IMG/VR virus record: IMGVR_UViG_3300020045_001432
Location: 1 to 33,107 of that record
DNA: 33,107 nt
Direction: 5' to 3' (one strand)
DNA from: a virus
Taxonomy: Duplodnaviria > Caudoviricetes
In this document: positions 6,643 through 16,195 of the stretch, in pieces
How positions within the stretch are numbered: the first letter of the stretch is position 1
Layout of the letters: every line of letters begins with the position of its first letter
The notes under the pieces: model-generated
Database searches by the model: none
Told to the model about the DNA's origin: nothing
What the model saw: only the letters and a program-made list of their open reading frames with translations
Program-made: the position numbers and the translations under genes

Positions 6643-6959
6643 TATTTTGCTCCCTTGCGGTCAAATACGTAAGAGAGTTTGGCTTCAACTGCTAATGAAA
6701 CCCATTTTTGTTCTTGGAGTTGATGAATGTTGGTGATCTTCCAACCTTCTCTAGGTCCGGCAATAAGTGCGGACTCTAGTGGCCAACCTGCTTTAACACG
6801 TTCACGGAGGGTGTGAACGGATACTTCAAAGATACGGGCAAGTTCGGCGATTGTTGTTGTGTATCCGTAGAATTCAAACCAAATGGCTGTTTCACGGGTA
6901 GGTAGCTTCGCACCAACGATTGAGCGTTCAGCTACGACTGGATTTGTTTTGTGTGTCAT
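6642..6959 (-). CDS. HTH DNA-binding protein
   Basis: FYGYTTTIAELARIFEVSVHTLRERVKAGWPLESAL resembles the HTH module at the C-terminus of phage HNH endonucleases; AGGAG RBS. Confidence 0.7.
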   Translation of the reverse strand: MTHKTNPVVAERSIVGAKLPTRETAIWFEFYGYTTTIAELARIFEVSVHTLRERVKAGWPLESALIAGPREGWKITNIHQLQEQKWVSLAVEAKLSYVFDRKGAK

Positions 6960-6988
6960 GTTGACTCCTTTTAATTTACCTGCAACGG

Positions 6989-6995
6989 TATTTAT
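6989..6995 (-). promoter_or_regulatory. ATAAATA late-promoter-like motif
   Basis: About 29 nt before the ATG at 6959. Confidence 0.65.
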
Positions 6996-7032
6996 GGGGA
7001 GTCAACATTTACATGCGATAAATTACAACTTC

Positions 7033-7047
7033 AGGGGAAGTTCCCCT
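7033..7047 (-). terminator. Hairpin at the end of the tail operon
   Basis: AGGGGA/TCCCCT inverted repeat just after the stop at 7050; no clear U-tract. Confidence 0.35.
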
Positions 7048-7049
7048 TG

Positions 7050-7292
7050 TTATGCGGCGTTTGACCAGATAACGGATGGAGTAATTTGTGTCAAACACAC
7101 CAACTTGCTTGTAGCAGTATTGAAATATGTTGAACCAAGTGGGGTGCCTGTCGTTGTGGCTGGGTTAGCAGCAAGACGACCCAAGAACTTTGGAGTAGCA
7201 TCCATTGTGGTGAAGTTTGTGTTGATCGTAACTTCTTTCTCTTTTTGACCAACTTCAAGCAGGGTCAATGCGTAGTTTGTGGTTGTTGCCAT
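7050..7292 (-). CDS. Short tail-associated protein with DUF2793-like N-terminus
   Basis: TTNYALTLLEVGQKEKEVTINTNFTTMD resembles the DUF2793 N-terminal motif. Confidence 0.6.
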   Translation of the reverse strand: MATTTNYALTLLEVGQKEKEVTINTNFTTMDATPKFLGRLAANPATTTGTPLGSTYFNTATSKLVCLTQITPSVIWSNAA

Positions 7293-7302
7293 TTAATTTC
7301 TC

Positions 7303-7716
7303 CTAAGGGTTCACGATTTCTATAGACACTGTATCTTTTTGATTCAATGCCTTGTTAATGATGTCAAACAATTTGCCAAATGCAATACGACTGTTGTAGA
7401 TGGATTGTCCATCAGAGCTAACAGTATCACCAGGAAGGATACAGCCTTCTGTATCACGTTGTGTATTTCCAGGATGGATTCTCACACCTTCAAAGTTCGG
7501 TACATTATTTAGAAGAGGAAGCAATCTACCAAATCGTGGCGATTGTGTCACCGTAACTTGGTAGACGCCTGCTGGTATTGCAGTGCTTCCATGAACTTTT
7601 GGTTCATTAATGCGAACTTGATCTTCCAATGTAAAGCAGATAAAGGTACTACCGTTGAACAATCGTCCAAGAGTAGTACCGTTTAGTGTTTGGTAGCGCT
7701 TCAGTGTTAGCTTCAT
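7303..7716 (-). CDS. DUF5675-family protein, candidate endolysin
   Basis: TLGRLF...CFTLED...TAIPAGVY...SPRFGR...VPNFEGVRIHPGN...DTEGCILPG. Confidence 0.8.
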   Translation of the reverse strand: MKLTLKRYQTLNGTTLGRLFNGSTFICFTLEDQVRINEPKVHGSTAIPAGVYQVTVTQSPRFGRLLPLLNNVPNFEGVRIHPGNTQRDTEGCILPGDTVSSDGQSIYNSRIAFGKLFDIINKALNQKDTVSIEIVNP

Positions 7717-10199
7717 GCTGTCACCACATATGGATAACCACCACCAGCTGATGTGGACATTTGAATCACAGAAGCCTTCAGTGTTGCCTGAGCTGATCCA
7801 AAGTCTGCCTGTTGTTGAGCAACCGTGTATGTGAATGAAGTACTCACAGTGGTTGCTGAACGAACTGCGACATCAGAACTGTTGATGATTGCAACAGCAT
7901 ATCCACCCCAATCGGTATCGTGACTGATTTCGGTGTAGTCACGAAGACCATTGTTGAATCGTGGGCGTTCTACCCATGTGATAGTCCAATCGCCATTGAC
8001 CTCTTTAACAGCCTTTGGTTGTGCTACACGCCATGGACGCATATTAAGACCATATGGTTGTACGTCATCAGATGTAGCTTTGGAGATATCACTACCAATG
8101 GTAACCGTCTTGTACTTGACCGTCTTGCCGATATCAGCAGATTCCAAAGCGATTGGTGTCAGTTGGTCATCTAGAATAACAAACAACTCGTTGGTAACAT
8201 GTGAACCACACTTTACTTCACTACCAGCACGACCACGAAGCAGACGTGACAGCGTGTAAGTGTTTGTGCCTGTCAGTGTTGCGTTGACGAAACCAATCAC
8301 TTCTTCACCAATCATGCACCAGTTTGTACCATTCTGAACAGCAATGTCTGTGCTGTTATTCAACACACCTTGCTTCAGTTGTACAGAAATCGTAGTCGTT
8401 GTATCCCACACGTGGTAGTCAGCAGGAGCATTCAATGCGGAAGCTGCGATACCAAAAGTAGGAGTCTTGTTGGATGTAGTCACATTGCTGTACGTAGCAC
8501 CACCGTCAACTGAACGATACAATGAAGCACCTGGCCAACCACTAGCACCATAACCATGAACAATTGCAAATATACGAGCAACTGACTCATTATCAGATAG
8601 AGGAGGAACTTCAATGAACAACGACTGTGAATAACCAATGGAAGACACAGTGTTGGTTGTCTGAGCTGGAGTTGGAGTTACTGTCACACCGGATGCAGCA
8701 TACGACGACGATGCAAAGTCAGCACGCACTACAGTGAATTCCAATAAGCCATCATCAGTCTCTCTCACCTGAAGGATACGGACGTTAGTAGTGCCGCCAG
8801 AATCAAGTGGAATAGCGATAATATCGCCTGGCTCTAGGTCAATGTTGTAGTAGTCAGTGATGAATGTGTATTGTTGCTGTTCAATATGTGAATTAACCAA
8901 CGATGATTCAGTGATACGCTTAGCTTCGTCATCAGAAAGCGTGAATGGAACTTCCAGCTTTACATCTTGACCAGCAGTGAATGTTTCCAACGTAGACACT
9001 TGTGTGAATATGTTGTGATCCAAAGCAGAAGAGTAGTAGTTCAATGTGACGCTACGTGGTAGGTCAATACCTTGAACACGCTTTGCTGTGTAAGCTGCGG
9101 ATCCAGTCATTGAGTTCTCAGCGCGTGTGTGGCCTAAGTCTTCAGACGTCAAAGTACGAACCACACTAAGAGTACGTGGAATGAACTTAACTGTTGATCC
9201 AGATTGGACGATATCAAACTGATACACTGTAGCCAAATTAGCCAACACATCACGAATTGGCATTGTGCTGCTGATTGTGAAATGAACTTCCTTCGTTGGT
9301 AGCTGAGTAACATCAAAATCCAATGCTGCATAACCAGCAAACGTCATTAGTGAAGCCACAACGTCAGGTAAACTTGGGGCAGTAAAGGTTCCATTATAGC
9401 CAGCAGTGCCGGTGTAACGAGAGTCAGCCTGGCCATCACCCGTTCCGTCTTCGGACATCATATCAGAAATCTTCACACCAGCGTAGATCAGGCCAGCACC
9501 AAGTGCTAATGCCTGTAACCAATCACCAACTGTAGCTGTATCAATCCAGTCAAACACCGAATCCTTCAATGCAGTTAGGAAGTCTTTTTCAGCTGGAGGC
9601 ATTGCGGCAACGGTAACATCAGTCATCGCGTCCCAGTTAACAGCCCAGAATGAGCCAAATCCAGGCTCATCACCACCTGATGAAGTGTGATCTGCAGAAC
9701 ATACGTAAGCATTACCAGTTGCCTGATTGCGTACGACGTCATTCTTTTTGTAGTCAAATGAATCTGACCAATCTCCACGCCAACGCAGGCGATCGGATTC
9801 TCCAAACTTCTCCCAGTTTGTTTCCCAATCAAGACCAGTACCTGGCTCGTTACCTGTATCGGAAGTGTGTGTGGCAATACAGATATACACAATACCATCA
9901 TGGGACACCAAAGATGTACTACATGGGGTGCCACCTTCTTTGTAGTAATTGGTAGTTGCTGCCCATGCATTCTCCCATTTGAGGCCGCAACCAGCCTCAC
10001 CAGAAGGACCAGCTGGTCCTTGGGGTCCTTGAGATGGGCAGCAAACAGTTTGAGTAACAACTTGGCCTGGCTTTGTAACAACAGCAGATGACCCGCCTGA
10101 ACAGAACTCAAACTTTGCATCAGGAGATGATGCTGTCACCGATCCTGGATTAGAGTTGTCTGTTTTACGAGCACGTTTTGGAACTGGACAAATACTCAT
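7713..10199 (-). CDS. Tail tip/host-specificity protein (C-terminal part of a GTA-megatron/gpJ-like protein) with N-terminal CBM-like repeats
   Basis: YQFDIVQSGSTVKFIPR, DLPRSVTLNY, LEPGD, GEEVIGFVNATL and LSRLLRGRAGSE motifs; two Trp/Tyr repeats ending YxC..xHTS near the N-terminus. Confidence 0.85.
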   Translation of the reverse strand: MSICPVPKRARKTDNSNPGSVTASSPDAKFEFCSGGSSAVVTKPGQVVTQTVCCPSQGPQGPAGPSGEAGCGLKWENAWAATTNYYKEGGTPCSTSLVSHDGIVYICIATHTSDTGNEPGTGLDWETNWEKFGESDRLRWRGDWSDSFDYKKNDVVRNQATGNAYVCSADHTSSGGDEPGFGSFWAVNWDAMTDVTVAAMPPAEKDFLTALKDSVFDWIDTATVGDWLQALALGAGLIYAGVKISDMMSEDGTGDGQADSRYTGTAGYNGTFTAPSLPDVVASLMTFAGYAALDFDVTQLPTKEVHFTISSTMPIRDVLANLATVYQFDIVQSGSTVKFIPRTLSVVRTLTSEDLGHTRAENSMTGSAAYTAKRVQGIDLPRSVTLNYYSSALDHNIFTQVSTLETFTAGQDVKLEVPFTLSDDEAKRITESSLVNSHIEQQQYTFITDYYNIDLEPGDIIAIPLDSGGTTNVRILQVRETDDGLLEFTVVRADFASSSYAASGVTVTPTPAQTTNTVSSIGYSQSLFIEVPPLSDNESVARIFAIVHGYGASGWPGASLYRSVDGGATYSNVTTSNKTPTFGIAASALNAPADYHVWDTTTTISVQLKQGVLNNSTDIAVQNGTNWCMIGEEVIGFVNATLTGTNTYTLSRLLRGRAGSEVKCGSHVTNELFVILDDQLTPIALESADIGKTVKYKTVTIGSDISKATSDDVQPYGLNMRPWRVAQPKAVKEVNGDWTITWVERPRFNNGLRDYTEISHDTDWGGYAVAIINSSDVAVRSATTVSTSFTYTVAQQQADFGSAQATLKASVIQMSTSAGGGYPYVVTA

Positions 10200-11383
10200 T
10201 AGAGATCCCCGTAATAATTTTGTGCACCGGTACCGATCATTGCAGTACCCAACACATCCATACTATTTACACAAACCAAAGAGCTCAACCGAACAGCGTA
10301 TAGAGCAGATGCTGTATACACAAACGCATATGGTTTAACAGTCTTTGACACAAACGTGGATCCATCCCATACTTCAAACGTAAGCTGAGGTGTAACACAA
10401 CCTCCTAATACAATACCAACATCAAACAATAGAGCAGCGCCAGGAACAAAATCCTCAGATTCTGGGTCTTGTTGGAACTTGATTTTCTTGTCAGCTTTAG
10501 TAAGTTGGGCAATTGACGATCCGCCTCCTAGATACTGGAGTTTGCCAGACGTCAGAGCTGCTGTGCGTAATGCTGTTGGATCCTCAGGATCGCCTGCGAC
10601 TTGGACCACATCTGCTAGGTTGAGCAATGACCCCCCAGTCGCAGCAAAATTGGTAAACGTAGCAGTAGATGTATCAAAAACTGATAGCATTCCTTTGAGA
10701 GGGTCATCTTGTGCATCACTAGCAATGTATAGCTGTTGATATTGGTTTGTGTGCAGAAGGTACGGGTGTCTATTAATACGGTGCTGGCTTACATACGCAC
10801 CAGATGTCGTAAACTTTGCAATAGCGTGATCATTCAGGCACGTTACGTATATGTGACCATCCAATCCATCCGCTAAGCTACGAGGAATGTATTGTTTCTT
10901 CCCAGGAATGAGAACAGGAGAACTCCACGTGCTTGTAATCAGATCATAGAAACACAAACCTTGACAATCACTGGTTGGAACCCCACCTGGCATTGTAGAA
11001 TGGTCGGAGTCATACGTAACAAACCACAGTTTGTTATTGGCTACGCAAATGGTGAATTGCATCGGTACTGGCAATGCCACAGTAGTCCCAACAATGGCAT
11101 ATGTTGTTTTGTCGTACGCTTTCAATTCCATGCCACTAACCACATACATCTTATCGTCGTGACTGACCATATTGTTGATTGTTGCTCCGTGGTCAATCGT
11201 GGCAACCAACTTCAATTCAAAGAGTCCACGATCAAATTGATACTCTTGAGTGAGGTATTCCTCATCAATGTATGAATACACTTTTATCTGGGTACCCGTA
11301 GATACCCAGATATCGCGACCATCATGTGCAATGTTATTAATGCCTGATTGTGTTGTAACGAGTGTTTGTTCAAATAGCCACAT
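10199..11383 (-). CDS. Probable beta-propeller virion protein
   Basis: Blade-like repeats (DGRDIWVS, DDKMYVV, NNKLWFV, DGHIYVT, QQLYIA). Confidence 0.65.
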   Translation of the reverse strand: MWLFEQTLVTTQSGINNIAHDGRDIWVSTGTQIKVYSYIDEEYLTQEYQFDRGLFELKLVATIDHGATINNMVSHDDKMYVVSGMELKAYDKTTYAIVGTTVALPVPMQFTICVANNKLWFVTYDSDHSTMPGGVPTSDCQGLCFYDLITSTWSSPVLIPGKKQYIPRSLADGLDGHIYVTCLNDHAIAKFTTSGAYVSQHRINRHPYLLHTNQYQQLYIASDAQDDPLKGMLSVFDTSTATFTNFAATGGSLLNLADVVQVAGDPEDPTALRTAALTSGKLQYLGGGSSIAQLTKADKKIKFQQDPESEDFVPGAALLFDVGIVLGGCVTPQLTFEVWDGSTFVSKTVKPYAFVYTASALYAVRLSSLVCVNSMDVLGTAMIGTGAQNYYGDL

Positions 11384-11384
11384 A

Positions 11385-11966
11385 TTAATAATCCGTAGTT
11401 TCGTATTCGTCAGCGAATACCTTCACAACCAATTCCCCAAGATTACCATAATCCAATGCTGTTCCAGGCTCAACTAACAACTGTGTGACCAGATACTGAG
11501 AAAAGTAAGTAGTGTTGCCAGTTAGGTGGTGGACATATGACGAAGCTGCATCTTCCGGCCCCGTTGTGCTTAGTTTTGGATATACTGTAATTCCACCAGG
11601 AGGAACATATATTAATGATCCATCCATGACGTCAGACGATTCGCTGTATTCGTTTGTTAATCTGTAGTACAACTTCACTTTGGTTGTGCCTTCGTACCCC
11701 TGAGGTGGGGAACCTGCAACATTTCCACTTATTTGAATTCGTGGGCGAGCGCCTGCTGGATACGTCCCACTGATTTTCATGAAGTTGTACTTTGTGTAAC
11801 TCCATACCACATCTGTTTCTGAACGAGTGATTGGGTGGTAGATGTAACTATTAGACTCATCGGAGCCAGATTTCTTCCACCCAATATTCTCAACAGCAAT
11901 GCGGGTAGTGCCACGGCCAGAGACCGCAGCACCAGAGTCTTCGTAAAGCTCAACCAACATTGTCAT
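11385..11966 (-). CDS. Probable minor structural protein
   Basis: Beta-rich 193 aa protein coupled to its neighbours in the tail module. Confidence 0.6.
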   Translation of the reverse strand: MTMLVELYEDSGAAVSGRGTTRIAVENIGWKKSGSDESNSYIYHPITRSETDVVWSYTKYNFMKISGTYPAGARPRIQISGNVAGSPPQGYEGTTKVKLYYRLTNEYSESSDVMDGSLIYVPPGGITVYPKLSTTGPEDAASSYVHHLTGNTTYFSQYLVTQLLVEPGTALDYGNLGELVVKVFADEYETTDY

Positions 11967-13000
11967 TATGCAAATCCCTTACGAATTGTGGCATACAAAG
12001 ATGTACCATTACATACACAATCAATGATCGTCACTGAGTTTGCTGTGTATGAGATTAGATTGGTGGCTCCGGATGCAAACTTAAATGCGCTACCAAAAGC
12101 CATGGTAAACCCACCCGTTGCGTTTTGCTTGACGATAAATGTGAACTTCCCAACACCAAGAGACGTAGGGGTTAGCGTTGTGTTGTGTGCTAATGTCAGC
12201 GTGAACACATTGCTTAGCGCTAGGTTTGCTGTGATATTGGCAGAGCTGGTCAGGGCGGTTGAAGCAACCCATTGAGCAGCTGTGTACGTATTCGTTGTAT
12301 TCAACTTTGGGATATTTGTACCAACAGAGATCACACCACCAGCAGAAATAGCAATATTTGTATTATCAGCTGTGGTAACAGCTCCCTTCACACCAACTGT
12401 AGCATCTGGAACAGAGATCACACCACCGGTAACGGCAAGACCGCTCCCTACCTGAACAATACCTTTGGATGATGTAGTAGCATCAGGGATGACACCTGAC
12501 AAATTCACAGAAATTACACCACCGGTAACAGAAAGACCACTACCGATTTGTACAATGCCTTTTGTGCTGGTCGTTGCATCCGCACCAGAGAATGATACGA
12601 CACCACCGGTAACAGAAAGACCGCTGCCTACCTGCATCACGCCCTTGGTTAATGCAGTAGCATCAGAAACCGACACGACACCACCGGTAACAGAAAGACC
12701 ACTACCTACCTGCATGATACCCTTGCTACCAGTTGTAGTGTCTGCACCAGAGAATGATACGACACCACCGGTAACAGAAAGACCGCTGCCTACCTGCATC
12801 ACGCCCTTGACAGAGGTAGAAGCAACAGGTAGGTTTGCAGAGATGTCAGTGATTCGTCCTTTACTGTCAACAGTTATACTGGCAGCAGAGTAATACCCGG
12901 CTGTTACACCAGAGTTAGCTAGAGCTGGTGAAGTGGCTGAACCGGTAAGATCACCAGCTAGTTGGATATCCCCTGCAATTGTTGTTGTAGCATTAGCCAT
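11966..13000 (-). CDS. Tail fibre-like protein with ~26-aa repeats
   Basis: About six DAT..KG(I/V)xQVGSGLxVTGGVxS repeats; paralog of 13013..15139. Confidence 0.8.
   Translation of the reverse strand: MANATTTIAGDIQLAGDLTGSATSPALANSGVTAGYYSAASITVDSKGRITDISANLPVASTSVKGVMQVGSGLSVTGGVVSFSGADTTTGSKGIMQVGSGLSVTGGVVSVSDATALTKGVMQVGSGLSVTGGVVSFSGADATTSTKGIVQIGSGLSVTGGVISVNLSGVIPDATTSSKGIVQVGSGLAVTGGVISVPDATVGVKGAVTTADNTNIAISAGGVISVGTNIPKLNTTNTYTAAQWVASTALTSSANITANLALSNVFTLTLAHNTTLTPTSLGVGKFTFIVKQNATGGFTMAFGSAFKFASGATNLISYTANSVTIIDCVCNGTSLYATIRKGFA
12582..12809. repeat. Identical 66-nt direct repeat (12582-12647 and 12744-12809)
   Basis: Direct comparison; the 162-nt offset equals two peptide repeats. 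Confidence 0.85.
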
Positions 13001-13012
13001 AATATGTCCTTT

Positions 13013-15139
13013 TTAAGAAAATGTGCAGTATGTATCACTGCCAGATGTAACACAGTTAATGGTCGTTGTACCAGTAGCTGGAGCTGAATTGTTGAATTTG
13101 TATGATGATCCGAATGATAGGGACAGTCCTGTCAATGTAAACGTATCCCATATAGATGTAGAGTTTGCTACAACAATGGAAACTCCACCAGATGTTGAAT
13201 TTCCAATTGCATGGATACTGGACATTGTCCATTTTGCCGTAACATCAGATTGTGTAGATGACGAGAAATTATCAGACGAACTAATGACTCTCAGAGTTGT
13301 TGCTGATGTTTTGTCAACAATAAAGTACCGAGTTCCATTATACACTGGATCACACGCAATGTTAGTGCCAGTGTATACCAATGACCAACTGGATCCACCA
13401 GTTGTAGACATATACACACTGGTAGTGTCGTAACAAAATAGTGCATTACCAACAATAACAACTGCTGAGTCAATTGGGGATGACTGGTTACTCCAGGTGG
13501 AACCATCCGATGAAGTAATAAACGACTGTACTCCGGTCTGTGTATTGTTTATTAGGTATACTCCATTCTTGTACGTTGCTACCCATCCGGTTGTTGCTGG
13601 AGCGGCAACAAGATTCCACGTGGTTCCGTTTGCTGATGTGTAGAATGTATTTGAATATCCACCAGATGTCAATACCAACGTTCCATTCAAGTTATAAGCA
13701 ACCTTGTGTGAAGCAGTTGGATAGGAAACATCTGTCCATCCAGATATACCATTTGTACTCCACATATATCCATTGAGACCAAATACAACAAACTTAGACG
13801 CAGCATAAAAACACTTAACCCATGTATCAGATGTTGGGAAGGTAGAAGATGACCACGATGTACCGTTACTGCTGTACGCATAGTTGACCGTTGCGCTACC
13901 GTCGTATGCTAATCCAACATATGACCCACCACCATAACTAATACCTGCGTTGCCCCACTGGGATGATGATGCAAAAGAGAACGATGACCACGAAACGCCA
14001 CCATCCGTAGACACAATACCTGACGACGATGTGTTTCCTGCTAATCCAAAAATCTTAGCGTTGGCGGTTCCAATGTATCGCCAATCAGCTGAACTTGGGA
14101 AGGTTGATGAAACAATACCAGCACCAACACCACCAGACAGATATGTGCCAGATGCTGTATTGTAACTAATACACCAGTATCTATCACCCAAATCAACTAT
14201 GCCGCTTGGACTACCACCTGATGCAGTGAATGTAGCTGTCGCCGGCCACATATACATTGGATCCGTTCCACAATCAGCAACTATATTCCAAACGTTGGTA
14301 GATGCGTTAGTAGGACTAGCTAATGTGACAGACGTCCCAATTCCATCAGCACGATAAAAATCATTGAACAAAGCGAGATCAATTGCATAGTCAGCATTTG
14401 TTATCGTTTTAACTGGAGAGCTGTTATAGCTGGTAAAGGTATTCGTAGCGTTAAGTTTTGGTATGTTAGTACCAATATTCATAGCACCGGCGGTGGCAGT
14501 TAGGTTCGTGCCGATCTGAACAGTACCTTTTGTAGTTGATGTAGCGCCCGTGGCCGCTGCAATCCCTGAAGATACTGTGAGACCATCACCGATTTGAACT
14601 ACGCCTTTTACCGATGTGGTAGCTTGCGTTGGGTTGGATGTGTCTACAGAAACAACACCACCAGTAACAGCAAGACCACTACCAATTTGAACAATACCTT
14701 TAACGCCTGCGGTTGCGTCTGGAATTGATACGACGCCTCCAGTAACAGCAAGGCCACTACCTACCTGAACAATACCCTTGGATGATGTGGTAGCATCGGG
14801 GGCAGAAACAACACCACCAGTAACAGCAAGGCCACTACCTACCTGCATAATGCCTTTTGTACCGGTTGTTGCATTTGGTACAGAAACAACACCATCAGCC
14901 ACTACTAGGCCACTACCTACCTGCATGATGCCAGCAACGGATGTAGTTGCGTCTTCAGGAGGCACGAATACACCATCATGTGCATAAACGACACGACCTT
15001 TTCCATCAACAGCAACGTTGACGTTACTATATGCCCCAGGCACAACACCAGTGATTCGTAGTTGTGGAGAGGCAGCTGTTCCAGTTAGATCACCAGCAAG
15101 AACAATGCTTCCTGGGGTTGAATTTGTTGCTAATGCCAT
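13013..15139 (-). CDS. Tail fibre-like protein with ~26-aa repeats and a BNR/Asp-box propeller-like domain
   Basis: Same repeats as 11966..13000, then STDGGVSW, SSNGTSW, SANGTTW and SSDGSTW Asp-box motifs. Confidence 0.8.
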   Translation of the reverse strand: MALATNSTPGSIVLAGDLTGTAASPQLRITGVVPGAYSNVNVAVDGKGRVVYAHDGVFVPPEDATTSVAGIMQVGSGLVVADGVVSVPNATTGTKGIMQVGSGLAVTGGVVSAPDATTSSKGIVQVGSGLAVTGGVVSIPDATAGVKGIVQIGSGLAVTGGVVSVDTSNPTQATTSVKGVVQIGDGLTVSSGIAAATGATSTTKGTVQIGTNLTATAGAMNIGTNIPKLNATNTFTSYNSSPVKTITNADYAIDLALFNDFYRADGIGTSVTLASPTNASTNVWNIVADCGTDPMYMWPATATFTASGGSPSGIVDLGDRYWCISYNTASGTYLSGGVGAGIVSSTFPSSADWRYIGTANAKIFGLAGNTSSSGIVSTDGGVSWSSFSFASSSQWGNAGISYGGGSYVGLAYDGSATVNYAYSSNGTSWSSSTFPTSDTWVKCFYAASKFVVFGLNGYMWSTNGISGWTDVSYPTASHKVAYNLNGTLVLTSGGYSNTFYTSANGTTWNLVAAPATTGWVATYKNGVYLINNTQTGVQSFITSSDGSTWSNQSSPIDSAVVIVGNALFCYDTTSVYMSTTGGSSWSLVYTGTNIACDPVYNGTRYFIVDKTSATTLRVISSSDNFSSSTQSDVTAKWTMSSIHAIGNSTSGGVSIVVANSTSIWDTFTLTGLSLSFGSSYKFNNSAPATGTTTINCVTSGSDTYCTFS

Positions 15140-15750
15140 TAGAGGCCTCCTTGTTTCAATACTTCAAAGCTAAATTGTGGGATAACACCGCTAGTTCCCA
15201 AGTCAAAATCTGTTAGAACTATGTATGCCAAACCCCGATATCCGGGAACATTACCAGCAGTTAGGTGACTTTCCATTGTTGAGTCTGGATTCTGGGTATT
15301 GCTACCAAGATACAAAGCACCAATCAATGGATTTGCTTCAGTTCTTGCATCAACAATGATCTGACCATTAGCCCAAACACGACTGATACCAAGGATTGGG
15401 CCTTTGCAAATAGCAATAGCCATGCTGACCTTGTATCCAATTGTGATAGTTTCAGTACCACCGCCACCACCTTTACCACCAGATGAACCAGTCTTGGTTT
15501 CATATGTGGTCTTGTCGTTCGCCCAGATAACATTACCAGAGATCCGTTGTTTACCAACTGGAACTGGAATGTTTACACCGTATTGTGATGTTTGAACACG
15601 CAGATCACCAATAGTAGGAGCGGCTGCTGTGTTCTTGTTTTGTGAGCCAGCTGCGTATGAGCCAACCATCCAACCGATTTGAGCACCAGTTGGTCCACCA
15701 ATCATGTAACCTACCGCAGCGCCTGCGGCAGAGATCACTAAGTTAGCCAT
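15139..15750 (-). CDS. Tail tip protein (N-terminal part of a GTA-megatron/gpJ-like protein)
   Basis: DLRVQTSQYGVNIP...GNVIW...AIAICKGPILGISRVWANG...PGYRGLAYIV...PQFSFEV. Confidence 0.8.
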   Translation of the reverse strand: MANLVISAAGAAVGYMIGGPTGAQIGWMVGSYAAGSQNKNTAAAPTIGDLRVQTSQYGVNIPVPVGKQRISGNVIWANDKTTYETKTGSSGGKGGGGGTETITIGYKVSMAIAICKGPILGISRVWANGQIIVDARTEANPLIGALYLGSNTQNPDSTMESHLTAGNVPGYRGLAYIVLTDFDLGTSGVIPQFSFEVLKQGGL

Positions 15751-16183
15751 TGTTTACTCCTGGGAATGTGTACGTATATGTCCAACGATCGTTCCATTCA
15801 GCGTTCAATGTGTTGATAACGACCTTCTTTATGTCGTATCTTGCATGAATAAACTGTGTTTCGTTGATCATAATGCCCAAATGACTCGTTGTACGTCCAA
15901 ATTGGAAGCAAATTATGTCACCTGGAAGCGTATCTTCTTTGTTTTTCTCAACACAACCGTACGAATCTAGCGTTTCAAGCAGCTTTTCTTCGCGATTATG
16001 GAGATGCCACTGAGTTGGGTAGTTTGGAATACGGGCAAGATCATCATCATTCAATAGACCAGTATCATATGCAACACCAACTACCAACTGGGCACAATCC
16101 ACCCCAACACCCTTGATACGGGCGTGGTGGTGATATGGTGTGTCCTGCCATGTGATAGCAGATTGTATAATTTCGTTTCTCAT
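15743..16183 (-). CDS. NlpC/P60 tail-associated peptidase
   Basis: WQDTPYHH...GVDC...PGD...HLGI...FIHA catalytic Cys/His motifs. Confidence 0.92.
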   Translation of the reverse strand: MRNEIIQSAITWQDTPYHHHARIKGVGVDCAQLVVGVAYDTGLLNDDDLARIPNYPTQWHLHNREEKLLETLDSYGCVEKNKEDTLPGDIICFQFGRTTSHLGIMINETQFIHARYDIKKVVINTLNAEWNDRWTYTYTFPGVNNG

Positions 16184-16188
16184 AGGTC

Positions 16189-16195
16189 TATTTAT
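16189..16195 (-). promoter_or_regulatory. ATAAATA motif 5 nt before the NlpC/P60 ATG
   Basis: ATAAATAgacctATG with no Shine-Dalgarno sequence. Confidence 0.5.

Noticed and set aside
12400-14950. CRISPR-like array
   Set aside because: The repeats are in-frame peptide repeats with synonymous variation, and there are no cas genes.
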